Source: an uncultured Actinomycetota bacterium
GTDB taxonomy: Bacteria > Actinomycetota > Actinomycetes > JAHEKZ01
DNA: 64,000 bases
Reading direction: 5' to 3'
Assembly (NCBI GenBank): GCA_963743915.1
Contig: CAVURN010000001.1
Location: 672,001 to 736,000, forward strand
Part shown: positions 34,342-45,145 of the stretch, in pieces
Layout of the letters: the number at the start of each line of letters is the position of its first letter
Numbering within the stretch: position 1 is the stretch's first letter
Translations under genes and position numbers: made by a program
Notes under the pieces: model-generated
Told to the model about the DNA's origin: nothing
Seen by the model: the letters and a program-made list of their open reading frames with translations, nothing else
Databases searched by the model: none

Positions 34342-37300
34342 GTGTACCTGAAGACGCTCACCCTGCGCGGGTTCAAGTCGTTCGCGTCCGCCACCACCCT
34401 GCGTTTCGAGCCCGGCATCACCTGCGTCGTCGGCCCCAACGGGTCCGGCAAGTCCAACGTCGTCGATGCGCTCTCGTGGGTCATGGGCGAGCAGGGCGCC
34501 AAGAGCCTGCGCGGCGGCAAGATGGAGGACGTCATCTTCGCCGGCACGTCCGGGCGTCCACCGCTCGGGCGGGCCGAGGTGGTGCTCACCATCGACAACG
34601 CCGACGGTGCCCTCCCGATCGAGTACACCGAGGTCACGATCTCGCGGACCATGTTCCGCAACGGAGGCTCCGAGTACGCGATCAACGGCGAGGCGTGCCG
34701 GCTGCTCGACGTGCAGGAGCTGCTCTCCGACTCCGGTATCGGGCGCGAGATGCACGTGATCGTCGGACAGGGCCAGCTCGACTCGGTGCTGTCCGCGACC
34801 CCGGAGGACCGTCGCGGTTTCATCGAGGAAGCCGCCGGCGTCCTCAAGCACCGCAAGCGCAAGGAGAAGGCCCTTCGCAAGCTCGATGCGATGGAGGCCA
34901 ACCTCGTCCGGCTCACCGACCTCACCGTGGAGCTGCGACGACAGCTGAAGCCGTTGGGTCGACAGGCCGAGGTGGCGCGCAGGGCCAGCGTCATCCAGGC
35001 CGAGGTGCGCGACGCCCGGTTGCGACTGCTCGCCGACGACCTCGCCGCCTTCCGCGTCGCCCTCGAGCAGGAGGTCGCCGACGAGAACGCGCTGCTGAAG
35101 CTGCGCTCGGAGGCTGAGGCCGCCCTGGCCACCTCGCAGCAGCGCGAGCTCGAGCTCGAGACAGCCGTGGCAGGCACGCTGCCCGCGCTCACCGACGCCC
35201 AGGAGACCTGGTTCCGCCTCGCTGGGCTCCGCGACCGCTTCAGGGGTCTCGCGTCGCTGGCCACCGAGCGGGTGCGGTTCGCCGCCGAGGTGCCCACCCA
35301 GCACGTCTCGGGCCGCGAGCCGGAGGACATGGAGCGCGAGGCCGAGGAGATCCGGCAGCAGGAGCGCGAGCTGGAGGGGACGGTCGCGCGCGACCGGGCA
35401 GGACTGACGCAGGCGGAGCAGCAGCGGCTGGAGGCGGAGAGCGCGCTGTCAGCCGAGGAGTCCCACATCGCCGGCCAGCTGCGGGCGATCGCGGATCGAC
35501 GCGAGGGCATGGCCCAGCTGGCGGGGAAGGTCGCGGCCGCGCGCACCAGCGTCGAGTCGGCAGCGGCCGAGCGGGAGCGGCTCACCGCCTCGCTGGTCGA
35601 GGCCCGCCAGCGAGCCTCAGTGGCCCACGAGGAGTTCGCGGCGTTGGAGACCCAGATCGCCGGTCTCGATGACGGTGAGGTCGACCTCGACGGCGAGTTC
35701 GAGGCGGCGTCGGCCGCCCACGCCCAGGCGCAGGAGAAGGTGGCAGCGCTGCGCGAGGAGGAGCGGACCGCCGAGCAGGAACGCGCTGCGCTGACGGCGC
35801 GCAAGGAGGCGCTGCAGCTCGGGCTCGACCGCAGGGACGGCTCGGCGGCGCTGCTGGCGGCCAGCGAGCCGGTCTCCGGCCTGCTCGGCTCGGTCGCTGC
35901 GATCCTCACCATCGAGCCGGGCTCCGAGGCGGCCCTGGCGGCGGCCCTCGGGATGGCTGCCGACGCGGTGGCCATGGAGTCCTTGGCCAGCGCGATCGAC
36001 GCGCTCGAGCTGCTCAAGCGCGAGGACGCCGGACGCGCCGCCCTGTTCATCGGGTCGAGCCTGGTCGGTGGCGGCAGCGAGCACGGCTCGACCGGCTGGC
36101 CGACGTTGCCCGCGCACGCCGCGTACGCGGTCGACCTGGTGCAGGCGCCCGCCGAGGTGCGTCCGGCGTTGCGCCGCCTCCTGGAACGGGTCGCTGTGGT
36201 CGACACCCTCGAGCAGGCCCGCCTCCTGGTCGAGGCCCAAGGCCGTGGCGACGCCGGTGTCGTGGCAGTGACGCGGGACGGCGACCTGCTGGGCGCGACC
36301 TTCGTGCAGGGCGGCTCGTCCCACGCTCCGAGCCTGCTCGAGGTGCAGGCAGCGGTCGACGAGGCCGCCGAGCAGCTGGTCGCGACCACCCACCGCTGCG
36401 AGCGGCTCCGCTTCGCACTCACGCAGGCGACCGCCGCCGAGCAGCAGGCCCACGAGCGCGTCGAGGCGGTGCTGGCCCGGCTGCACGAGTCGGACGCCCG
36501 ACTGTCCGCGGTCGCCGAGCAGCTCGGCCACCTCGGATCCGCAGCCCGGGCCGCCGCAGCCGAGGCGACGCGTCTCGAGACGGCGATCGCCGCGGCCACC
36601 GACCGCCACGACGATGCCCTGCGCTCGCTGGACGAGCTGCAGACCCGGCTCGCCACAGCCGAGGCCGCCCCGGACGTCGATGAGCCCGACACCGCCCTGC
36701 GGGACTCGCTGGCCGAACGACTCGTCGCGGCACGGGAGACCGAGACCGAGGCACGGCTCGCCGTCCGCACCGGGGAGGAGCGGGCCCGGGCCCTCCACGG
36801 TCGCGCCGACCAGCTCGAGCGAGCCGCCGCGGCCGAGCGGACGGCGCGCGAGGAGGCCCGTCGGCTCGCCGAGCGCGCAGCACGCGAGGCAGAGGTGGCC
36901 CGCGCCGTGCTGCGCGGCTGCGAGATCGTCGCAGGGCGTCTCGACCGTTCGCTGCGTGACGCCGCTGCTGCGCGCACCGCGGCCGAGCACGGCCGCACCG
37001 TGCTCGAGGCTGAGCTGCTCGACGTCCGGGCCAAGTCCCGGACGATCGCCGAGGAGCTCGAGCAGCTGACCGACTCGGTGCACCGCGACGAGGTCGCCCG
37101 CACCGAGCAGCGGCTCCGCATCGAGCAGGTCGAGGCGCGGGCGATGGAGGAGTTCGGCACCGACGCTGACACGCTGGTCGCCGAGTACGGACCCGAGCAG
37201 CTCGTGCCGCCACCGCCGCTCGCACCGGAGGAGGTGGAGCCGGAACCTCCCCGCCAGCCGGTGCCCTTCGTGCGCGTCGAGCAGGAGAAGCGGCTGAAGC

Positions 37301-37932
37301 TGGCCGAGCGCAACCTTGCCCTTCTGGGCAAGGTGAACCCACTTGCGCTCGAGGAGTTCTCGGCCATGGAGGAACGTCACCAGTTCCTCACCGAGCAGCT
37401 CGAGGACCTCAAGAAGACCAAGCGTGACCTGCTCGAGATCGTGCGCGAGGTCGACGAACGCGTCGAGCAGGTGTTCACCGAGGCGTACCAGGACGTCGCG
37501 CGCGAGTTCGTCGAGGTGTTCGCCCGGCTGTTCCCCGGTGGCGAGGGCAAGCTGGTGCTCACCGACCCGTCCGACATGCTCGCCACCGGCGTCGACATCG
37601 AGGCTCGCCCTCCGGGCAAGAAGGTCAAGCGGCTGTCGCTGCTCTCCGGCGGCGAGCGCTCACTGACGGCGGTCGCCTTCCTGGTGGCGCTGTTCAAGGC
37701 GCGGCCGAGCCCGTTCTACGTCCTCGACGAGGTCGAGGCCGCCCTCGACGACACCAACCTCGGTCGCCTCCTCGACATCTACGAAGAGCTGCGCGAAAAC
37801 AGCCAGCTGATCGTCATCACGCACCAGAAGCGCACGATGGAGGTCGCGGATGCGCTCTACGGCGTCTCGATGCGCGGTGACGGTGTGAGTGCGGTCATCA
37901 GCCAACGGCTCCGCGAGGCCGAGTCTGCCTAG
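34342..37932 (+). CDS. smc: Chromosome segregation protein SMC
   Basis: GFKSF, GPNGSGKSN, coiled coils and hinge, LSGGE, LDEVEAALD. Confidence 0.97.
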   Translation: MYLKTLTLRGFKSFASATTLRFEPGITCVVGPNGSGKSNVVDALSWVMGEQGAKSLRGGKMEDVIFAGTSGRPPLGRAEVVLTIDNADGALPIEYTEVTISRTMFRNGGSEYAINGEACRLLDVQELLSDSGIGREMHVIVGQGQLDSVLSATPEDRRGFIEEAAGVLKHRKRKEKALRKLDAMEANLVRLTDLTVELRRQLKPLGRQAEVARRASVIQAEVRDARLRLLADDLAAFRVALEQEVADENALLKLRSEAEAALATSQQRELELETAVAGTLPALTDAQETWFRLAGLRDRFRGLASLATERVRFAAEVPTQHVSGREPEDMEREAEEIRQQERELEGTVARDRAGLTQAEQQRLEAESALSAEESHIAGQLRAIADRREGMAQLAGKVAAARTSVESAAAERERLTASLVEARQRASVAHEEFAALETQIAGLDDGEVDLDGEFEAASAAHAQAQEKVAALREEERTAEQERAALTARKEALQLGLDRRDGSAALLAASEPVSGLLGSVAAILTIEPGSEAALAAALGMAADAVAMESLASAIDALELLKREDAGRAALFIGSSLVGGGSEHGSTGWPTLPAHAAYAVDLVQAPAEVRPALRRLLERVAVVDTLEQARLLVEAQGRGDAGVVAVTRDGDLLGATFVQGGSSHAPSLLEVQAAVDEAAEQLVATTHRCERLRFALTQATAAEQQAHERVEAVLARLHESDARLSAVAEQLGHLGSAARAAAAEATRLETAIAAATDRHDDALRSLDELQTRLATAEAAPDVDEPDTALRDSLAERLVAARETETEARLAVRTGEERARALHGRADQLERAAAAERTAREEARRLAERAAREAEVARAVLRGCEIVAGRLDRSLRDAAAARTAAEHGRTVLEAELLDVRAKSRTIAEELEQLTDSVHRDEVARTEQRLRIEQVEARAMEEFGTDADTLVAEYGPEQLVPPPPLAPEEVEPEPPRQPVPFVRVEQEKRLKLAERNLALLGKVNPLALEEFSAMEERHQFLTEQLEDLKKTKRDLLEIVREVDERVEQVFTEAYQDVAREFVEVFARLFPGGEGKLVLTDPSDMLATGVDIEARPPGKKVKRLSLLSGGERSLTAVAFLVALFKARPSPFYVLDEVEAALDDTNLGRLLDIYEELRENSQLIVITHQKRTMEVADALYGVSMRGDGVSAVISQRLREAESA

Positions 37933-37959
37933 TCGTCGGGGCGCGTCGGTCGTGACGGC

Positions 37960-38310
37960 ATGACTCAGCGGTCGCTCGTCACCTTCGTGTCCGTGGGCCT
38001 CGCGGTCTTCGCGGGATTCGTGCTGCAGGCGATGGCACTGGTCGCCGTGGGACGGGACGCGCCTCCCGTCCCGTTGCTCCTGCTGCTGACCCCGGTGCCG
38101 GCGGTGGCGGCGACCCTCGTCTTCGGGGTGCTGACCCGGTTCGAGGGAGGTCGCCAGGGTCTCGCGCTCACCGCGGTGTTCCTCGGCAGCCTTGCCGCCA
38201 CGGTCGTCTTCCCGTTTCTCGGCCTGGTCGGGTTGTTCCTCACCATGGCCGCCGCCGGCGGCACCGCGGTGCTGGCGCGTCGTCTGCTCGTGCCTCCTCC
38301 CGGGGCGTGA
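37960..38310 (+). CDS. Small membrane protein (about 4 TM segments)
   Basis: Four hydrophobic segments; fills the smc-ftsY gap. Confidence 0.6.
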   Translation: MTQRSLVTFVSVGLAVFAGFVLQAMALVAVGRDAPPVPLLLLLTPVPAVAATLVFGVLTRFEGGRQGLALTAVFLGSLAATVVFPFLGLVGLFLTMAAAGGTAVLARRLLVPPPGA

Positions 38311-38339
38311 CCCGCCCCCTGCTCTGACATGCTCATCGG

Positions 38340-39488
38340 GTGGATCCGATCACCCTTGTCATCGTCGTTGCCGTCGCCCTGGTGTTGCTCGTCGTCGGCC
38401 TGCTGGCGTTCCGTACCGGGACACGAACCCGCACACGGGCTGGTGAGCGGCCGACCACCACCCACGTTCCCGGCGTCGGGGACGACGCGTCCGAGCCGCG
38501 GGACACCCCTACCCGCACCATCGCGACCGTCGAGCTGCCCGAGTCCGCTGGTGAAGGTGGTGTCGGCCTGCTGGAGCGCCCGACACCGGCGGCCGGACGC
38601 ATGGCGCGCCTGCGCGAGCGGCTCGCCGGGTCGGGTGGTCTCGGAAGGGGGATTCTCGCCCTGCTGACCCGCTCGGACGTCGACGAGCAGACGTGGGAGG
38701 AGATCGAGGACACGTTGATCGGTGCGGATCTCGGTGTCTCTGTCGCCGCCGAGGTCGTCGAGCGGCTGCGCACGGCCGTCCGGGTGGAGCCCGACACCGG
38801 CGCCCGCGAGCTGCTCCGCCGCGAGCTGCTCACACTCGTCGACCCGGCGCTGGACCGTTCCCTCACGGTGGAGACACCCGGGCGGCCGGCGGTCGTGCTC
38901 GTCGTGGGTGTGAACGGCACCGGCAAGACGACCACGACCGGCAAGCTCGCCCGCGTCCTCGTCGCCGAGGACCGTGACGTCGTGCTCGGTGCCGCCGACA
39001 CGTTCCGAGCGGCCGCGGCCGACCAGCTGCAGACGTGGGGAGACCGGGTCGGCGTGCCCGTGATCCGCGGTCCCGAGGGTGGTGACCCGGCGAGCGTGGC
39101 GTTCGACGCGGTCAGTGCTGCTGTCGAGACCGAGGCCGACGTGCTGCTGGTGGACACCGCAGGGCGGTTGCACACCAAGACCGGACTCATGGACGAGCTC
39201 GGCAAGGTCAAGCGGGTGATCGAGAAGAAGCTCCCGGTCGACGAGGTCCTGCTCGTGCTCGACGCGACGACCGGCCAGAACGGGATGACGCAGGCGAAGG
39301 TCTTCGGTGAGGTGGTGGACGTCACCGGTGTCGTGCTCACCAAGCTCGACGGCACCGCCAAGGGCGGGATCGTCATCTCGGTGCAACGCGAGCTCGGCGT
39401 CCCCGTCAAGCTCGTCGGACTCGGTGAGGGCGCGGACGATCTCGCCCCCTTCGATCCGGAGGTCTTCGTCGACGCGCTGCTCGGCTGA
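38340..39488 (+). CDS. ftsY: SRP receptor FtsY
   Basis: N-terminal TM, GVNGTGKTTT, DTFRAAA, DTAGR, TKLDGTAKGG. Confidence 0.96.
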   Translation: MDPITLVIVVAVALVLLVVGLLAFRTGTRTRTRAGERPTTTHVPGVGDDASEPRDTPTRTIATVELPESAGEGGVGLLERPTPAAGRMARLRERLAGSGGLGRGILALLTRSDVDEQTWEEIEDTLIGADLGVSVAAEVVERLRTAVRVEPDTGARELLRRELLTLVDPALDRSLTVETPGRPAVVLVVGVNGTGKTTTTGKLARVLVAEDRDVVLGAADTFRAAAADQLQTWGDRVGVPVIRGPEGGDPASVAFDAVSAAVETEADVLLVDTAGRLHTKTGLMDELGKVKRVIEKKLPVDEVLLVLDATTGQNGMTQAKVFGEVVDVTGVVLTKLDGTAKGGIVISVQRELGVPVKLVGLGEGADDLAPFDPEVFVDALLG

Positions 39489-39750
39489 GCCGCATCCACG
39501 GTCGAGCCGCGCGGCTCAGGCTGTGCGCGGATCTCGAGCCAGAGCTTCAGCACAGCCTTCAGTAGTCCCTGCACCCGTTGGCCGGCACCCAGACGACGAC
39601 AGCACGCTCGCAACAGTGAAGTCACATGGTTCCCGCCGAGCCACACGAACATCCGTCGCGGGCGCGCTCGAACCGTGTCGGCGAAGAGGGCCGTGACCGT
39701 CCTCCCGGGGCAGATCCAAGACCTCGGTGGAAGAGAGCGAGCCGGGCGGC

Positions 39751-41110
39751 TCACGGCCCGCGGGGAATGCTCTCCATCTGCTGGCCGCGTGGTCCGCGGA
39801 AGAGCACGCCCGCGTCGGTGCCCGCTGCCGTCACCGTGATCGTCCAGCCACCTTCATGGACCAACCGGTGGTGGAACCGGCAGAGCAGCAGCCCGTTGGC
39901 GACATCGGTGGCGCCACCGTCGAGCCAGGAGTGCACATGGTGCGCGTCGGTGAAGGACGGCGGTCGGTGACAACCGGGGAAACGGCAGCCGCCGTCCCGT
40001 AGCGCCAGCAGACGTCGTTGGCTCGGGGAGAAGAGCCGACTGCTGCGTCCGAGCTCGACCGGCAGTCCACCGGGGGCGAGCAGGACACGGCTCACCTGGG
40101 CGTCGCAAGCGATCCGACCGACTCCCACCGGATGGAGCAGAGCGGTGCCGCCGGGCGCCTGCGGAAGGAGACCTGCACCCGGGAAGAGCGTGCGGGACGA
40201 GGGCGCCGCATCATCTTGAGTACTTGTCGTCGGGGTGGTCATCAGTACCTGCAGGTGCGGACGCTCCGAGGCGATCTCGGGAAGCCGCCGGTGGTCGCAG
40301 GCGGAGCGGACGATCTCGACGAGTCCGTCGGCCCGCCGCTGCGCGGCACTGCGAAGGTCCTCGGGGCCACCGGGGACGAGGAACGGCTCAAGAGCTGCAG
40401 AGACGAGAGCTGCCGACTCGGGATCGAGCAGACCGTCGACAGCGGTCATCCCGTCGAGCAGCGGGGAGAGCGTGAGGTACCGACGCTCGAACTGACGCTC
40501 AGACTCACGCAGCGTGCCCTCCGGGTCGGTGACGAGGCGCAGGTGACGTCCCGCGGCGCGGATGGCGGTGACGTCGCTCTGCGCGGCAAGGTCGGTCAAG
40601 AGGGCACTGGCCTCCGCCTGGTGCTCGGGCGGCAAATGGCGAACGGCACGCTCCACGGCGCGAAGGTGGTCGTAGGTCAGCTCGCCGTCGCGCATGCGCC
40701 CCACCGCGTTGCCCAGCGGGCCGCGTCCACCGCGAGCGAGCCGGACCCGCTCGGACGCCTCGCCGGGGGCGACACCGCAGCGCTCCACGCAGCCAGCCCT
40801 GGGTGCTCGCCGCGCCGTGCAACAGCTCGCCATCTCCGGCAGCGTCGAAGGTCGCGAGCACGTCGAGCATGGCGGCGTCGACGGCGTCACGCAGCTGCTG
40901 GAGGCCGGCCATCCACGCAGCCCGGTCGTCGGGGGTGGCGCCCAGCGGTTCCCCACCTCGCGTCCACGCGCGGACCTCGCCCAGCACCGCGGTGAGCGGC
41001 TGGGGGAGCGACGGCGGACGGAACACGGCGAGACCCTTCGGCAAGGAGGCGGTGGATTCGCCGTGGGTCGATGCGCTGTCGCTGAGTGGTCCGCCAGGGG
41101 ATTCGAACGT
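39751..41110 (-). CDS. DUF222 (13E12 repeat) HNH endonuclease; +1 frameshift at ~40774, apparent ACG start
   Basis: QRRADGL, RIACDA, RDGGCRFPGC, DAHHVHSWLDGGATDVANGLLLCRFHHRLVHEGGW. Confidence 0.85.
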
Positions 41111-41118
41111 ATGTTCGA
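41103..41118. promoter_or_regulatory. LexA (SOS) box
   Basis: TCGAAC-GTAT-GTTCGA, exact actinobacterial consensus. Confidence 0.9.
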
Positions 41119-41146
41119 TTGTAGAGGGCCCCGGGAGGTGGGTCAA
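41118..41146 (-). promoter_or_regulatory. Consensus promoter of the HNH gene
   Basis: TTGACC-17 nt-TACAAT on the minus strand, overlapping the SOS box. Confidence 0.8.
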
Positions 41147-41204
41147 CCCCTTGGGGGAAAGAAGTTACCCTCGTCGGGACACCCCTCCAGCTCGAAGGTT
41201 GCCT

Positions 41205-42767
41205 GTGTTCACCACGCTCCAGGACCGCTTGACCGCGACGTTCAAGAATCTGCGCGGCAAGGGCCGGCTCTCCGACGCCGACATCGACGCCACGCTGCGC
41301 GAGATCCGCGTCGCGCTGCTCGAGGCGGACGTCGCTCTGCCCGTGGTGAAGGAGTTCGTGGCGGCCGTCCGCGAGCGCGCCAAGGGCGAGGAGGTCTCGC
41401 AGGCGCTGAACCCCGCGCAGCAGATCGTGAAGATCGTCAATGACGAGCTCATCACGATCCTCGGCGGCGAGACGCGTCGCATCCGGTTCGCCAAGACCCC
41501 GCCGACCGTGATCATGCTGGCCGGACTCCAGGGCGCCGGGAAGACGACGCTCGCCGGGAAGCTCGCCCTCTGGCTGAAGGGGCAGGGCCACCAGCCCCTG
41601 CTCGTCGCGGCCGACCTGCAGCGCCCCAACGCCGTGCAGCAGCTGCAGGTGGTCGGCGACCGCGCAGATGTGTCGGTGTTCGCCCCCGAGCCGGGCAGCG
41701 GCGTGGGCGACCCGGTGCGCGTGGCGCGCGACTCCCTGGCGTTCGCCCGCGAGAAGCTCTACGACGTCGTGGTCGTCGACACCGCCGGCCGACTCGGTGT
41801 CGACGCCGAGATGATGCAGCAGGCGAGCGACATCCGCGACGCCGTGCAGCCCGACGAGGTGCTCTTCGTCCTCGACGCCATGGTCGGCCAGGACGCGCTG
41901 ACCACCGCCCAGGCCTTCCTCGACGGTGTGGGCTTCGACGGGGTCGTGCTGACCAAGCTCGACGGCGACGCCCGAGGGGGAGCCGCGTTGTCCGTGCGAG
42001 GTGTCACGGGCAAGCCGATCCTCTTCGCCAGCAACGGCGAGAAGCTCGAGGACTTCGACGCGTTCCATCCGGAGCGCATGGCGTCGCGCATCCTCGACAT
42101 GGGTGACCTGCTGACCCTGATCGAGCAGGCCGAGAAGGTCTTCGAGCGCGAGCAGGCCGAGGAGATGGCGGCCAAGCTCGCCACCGGCAAGGAGTTCACG
42201 CTCGAGGACTTCCTCGCGCAGCTGCAGGCCGTCCAGAAGATGGGGTCGATCGGCAAGCTGCTCGGCATGCTCCCCGGCATGGGCGAGCACAAGGAGGCCA
42301 TCGCCAACCTCGACGAGCGGGAGTTCGACCGGCTCCGCGCCATCATCCAGTCCATGACCCCGGCCGAGCGCGCGGACGTGAAGGTGCTGAACGCCTCGCG
42401 TCGGCTGCGCATCGCCCAGGGCTCGGGGACGCAGGTGAGCGACGTCAACCAGCTGGTGACGCGGTTCCTCGAGGCGCGCAAGATGATGGGGCAGATGGCC
42501 AAGGGCGGCGGTCTGCCGGGGATGCCTGGCGGCGGGCTGGGCGGCGCCATGGGTGGTTTCGGCGGAGGCGCCGGGGGCAGCGCCGGCAAGGGCCGGAAGG
42601 CGAAGAAGGGCAAGAAGGCGAAGGGGCGGGTCAGCGGCAACCCGGCGAAGCGGGCCCAGCAGACGGCCCAGCAGGCGGCGGGGCAGGACGCGTCCGAGAC
42701 GGTCGGTCAGCCCGGGTCGCTCGACGAGCTGCCGCCGGAGTTCACCGACCTGCTCAAGGGTTCCTGA
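41205..42767 (+). CDS. ffh: Signal recognition particle protein
   Basis: LLEADV, GLQGAGKTT, DTAGR, TKLDGDARGG, M domain. Confidence 0.97.
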   Translation: MFTTLQDRLTATFKNLRGKGRLSDADIDATLREIRVALLEADVALPVVKEFVAAVRERAKGEEVSQALNPAQQIVKIVNDELITILGGETRRIRFAKTPPTVIMLAGLQGAGKTTLAGKLALWLKGQGHQPLLVAADLQRPNAVQQLQVVGDRADVSVFAPEPGSGVGDPVRVARDSLAFAREKLYDVVVVDTAGRLGVDAEMMQQASDIRDAVQPDEVLFVLDAMVGQDALTTAQAFLDGVGFDGVVLTKLDGDARGGAALSVRGVTGKPILFASNGEKLEDFDAFHPERMASRILDMGDLLTLIEQAEKVFEREQAEEMAAKLATGKEFTLEDFLAQLQAVQKMGSIGKLLGMLPGMGEHKEAIANLDEREFDRLRAIIQSMTPAERADVKVLNASRRLRIAQGSGTQVSDVNQLVTRFLEARKMMGQMAKGGGLPGMPGGGLGGAMGGFGGGAGGSAGKGRKAKKGKKAKGRVSGNPAKRAQQTAQQAAGQDASETVGQPGSLDELPPEFTDLLKGS

Positions 42768-42941
42768 GCCCGGCCCGGTTTGGGGAGCGGCCGCCCGGCT
42801 CTGGCAGACTTGCGGGCTGTACCCGACGGACCAGCGGCCCTCTCTCCGCTGACATCCGACGAGTCCCCTTGCATCGCCTGAGGCAACCCCACGCCATCGG
42901 GACGCCGCAAGACCCTCGAAGAACCAGGAGCTCCTGCCACC

Positions 42942-43524
42942 GTGGCTGTCAAGATCAAGCTCAAGCGCATCGGCAAGATGCGTGAACCGCACTACCGCAT
43001 CGTCGTCGCCGACGCCCGCACCAAGCGTGGTGGGCGCGCGATCGAGGAGATCGGCCAGTACCACCCGCTGGAGAACCCCTCGCGGATCCAGGTCGACTCC
43101 GACCGGGCGCAGTACTGGCTCGGTGTGGGCGCCCAGCCGACCGAGGCGGTCGCGGCGATCCTGCGCGTGACCGGTGACTGGCAGGCCTTCAAGGGCGAGC
43201 CCGCCCCGGCGCCGATGCTGGTCGCCGAGCCGAAGGCGGACAAGAAGTCCGTCTTCGACGCCGCCGCCAAGGAGGCCGCCGGCCTCGACGAGAAGGCCGC
43301 GACCACCCCCAAGGCGAAGAAGAAGCCCGCTGCCAAGGCCGCTCCGGCAGAGACGCCGGCGGCTGAGACCGCAGAGCCGGAGCCCGCAGCGGCCGAGGCG
43401 CCTGCGGAGACTCCCGCGGATGGCTGAAGCGGCCGAGTCCACCGCCGAGGCTGACGCCGAGTCGTCCAGCGCGACGACCGAGGCACCCGCCGAGACGGCG
43501 AGCGACGACAGCCCGACCGCCTGA
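42942..43524 (+). CDS. rpsP: 30S ribosomal protein S16 with long Ala/Glu tail (probable +1 error at ~43422)
   Basis: [20 protein letters not shown]; tail continues in the next frame to a TGA overlapping the khpA ATG. Confidence 0.92.
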
Positions 43525-43766
43525 TGATCGAGCAGGCGCTCGACCACCTGGTCCGTGGCATCGTCGACCACCCCGACGAGGTCCGCGTCCGGCTCCGTGA
43601 CCAGCGTCGCGGCGGAAACATGTACGAGGTCAGGGTGCACCCCGACGACCTCGGACGGGTCATCGGCCGGGGTGGACGCACGGCGTCCTCGGTGCGCACG
43701 GTCGTCGACGCGATCGCGGGCAAGCGGGTGCGCGTCGACTTCATGGACTCCACCGGCGGCCGCTGA
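43524..43766 (+). CDS. khpA: KH-domain RNA-binding protein
   Basis: LVRGIVDHPD, DLGRVIGRGGRTA. Confidence 0.92.
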   Translation: MIEQALDHLVRGIVDHPDEVRVRLRDQRRGGNMYEVRVHPDDLGRVIGRGGRTASSVRTVVDAIAGKRVRVDFMDSTGGR

Positions 43767-43781
43767 GCGCCGAGGCTTCCG

Positions 43782-44330
43782 ATGACCGCACCCCTCCTGG
43801 TCGTGGTCGGCCGGGTGGGTCGCGCCCACGGTGTACGCGGAGACGTGGCGGTCGAGGTCCGCACCGACGATCCGGAGCGCCGCTTCGTGCCGGGGGCTCG
43901 GCTCCTGACCTCGTCCGCGAGCGCGTCGGCACCCTCTGTCGTGACCGTCGAGCACGCCCGGTGGCACAGCGGCCGGTTGCTGCTGCATCTCGTCGGAGTG
44001 GAGGACCGCACCTCGGCCGAGTCCCTGAGAGGCCTGCTCCTGCAGGTCGAGGTCGACCCGGACGAGACGCCGGCCGACCCCGAGGAGTTCTACGACCATC
44101 AGCTGGTCGGGCTCGCCGTGGTGGATCCTGAGGGGACGTCGATCGGCTCGGTGGTCGACGTCGTCCACGGCGCCCAGGACCTCCTGGTCATCGAGCACGG
44201 GGCAACGGGCACCGGTGCGCAGCGGTCGCTGGTCCCGTTCGTCCGCATGCTCGTGCCCGAGGTCGACCTCGATGCCGGCCGTCTGGTCGTCGACCTGCCG
44301 GACGGTCTGCTCGACCTGCCGGCGGAGTGA
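43782..44330 (+). CDS. rimM: Ribosome maturation factor RimM
   Basis: [22 protein letters not shown]. Confidence 0.95.
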   Translation: MTAPLLVVVGRVGRAHGVRGDVAVEVRTDDPERRFVPGARLLTSSASASAPSVVTVEHARWHSGRLLLHLVGVEDRTSAESLRGLLLQVEVDPDETPADPEEFYDHQLVGLAVVDPEGTSIGSVVDVVHGAQDLLVIEHGATGTGAQRSLVPFVRMLVPEVDLDAGRLVVDLPDGLLDLPAE

Positions 44331-44341
44331 GGGGCGAGAAC

Positions 44342-45145
44342 GTGCGCATCGACGTCGTCACGATCTTCCCCGCCTACTTCGACGCCCTCGAGCTGTCGCT
44401 GCTCGGAAAGGCCCGACGTTCCGGTGCGCTCGAGGTGGTCGTCCACGACCTCCGTGACCACACGTACGACCGGCACCGCACCGTCGACGACACGCCGTAC
44501 GGCGGGGGGCCAGGAATGGTCATGCGGCCCGAACCGTGGGGCGCCGCGCTCGACGCCGTGCGGGCTGAGCACGCGGCGTCACCCGACCCCCTCCTGGTGG
44601 TGCCGACCCCGGCGGGGCAGCTGTTCACGCAGCGCATGGCGCGAGCAGTGGGCGACCGAGCCGGGCCTGGTCATCGCGTGCGGACGGTACGAGGGGATCG
44701 ACGCCCGCGTGGTCGAGGACGCGGCCGGCACGTACCGCGTCGTCGAGGTGTCGCTGGGTGACTACGTGCTGAACGGGGGAGAGGTGGCGGCCCTCGCGAT
44801 GGTCGAGGCCGTGGGCCGCCTGATTCCGGGGGTCGTGGGCAACGCGGAGTCGCTGACCGACGAGTCGCACGCGGACGGGCTGCTCGAGGCGCCCGCCTAC
44901 ACCAAGCCGGACCAGTGGCGCGGCCACGACGTGCCGGAGGTGCTGCTCTCCGGGCACCACCAGGCAGATCGCCCGTTGGCGCCGGGAGCAGTCGGTACGC
45001 CGCACCGCCCGGGTCCGCCCCGACCTGATCGAGGCCCTGGACCCCCGAGCGACGTCCCCAGGAGGACCGGGAGGTGCTGGCAGCGTGCGGGTGGATCGTC
45101 GAGCGTGGTCGATTTCGGCAGGTCGACGGCCCTGTGGCAGACTGA
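44342..45145 (+). CDS. trmD: tRNA m1G37 methyltransferase (three +1 frameshifts at ~44645, ~44967, ~45046)
   Basis: [13 protein letters not shown]; CGRYEGID; [11 protein letters not shown]; LLSGHH; IARWRREQS...RPDL; ends PVAD*. Confidence 0.9.

Noticed and set aside
34287-37367. Very long antisense ORFs (1026 aa opposite smc; also 40887-44198, 48237-51440, 2905-4866)
   Set aside because: Shadow frames expected from high-GC codon bias; no recognisable motifs, and they fully overlap well-supported genes
39645-39685. Second SOS-like sequences (CGAACATCCGTCG, TCGAACCGTGTCGG)
   Set aside because: Right half-sites are poor and no associated promoter or ORF is evident
6987-45046. Programmed ribosomal frameshifting in serA, cimA or trmD
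   Set aside because: No common slippery heptamer or stimulatory structure; the pattern fits random insertion errors
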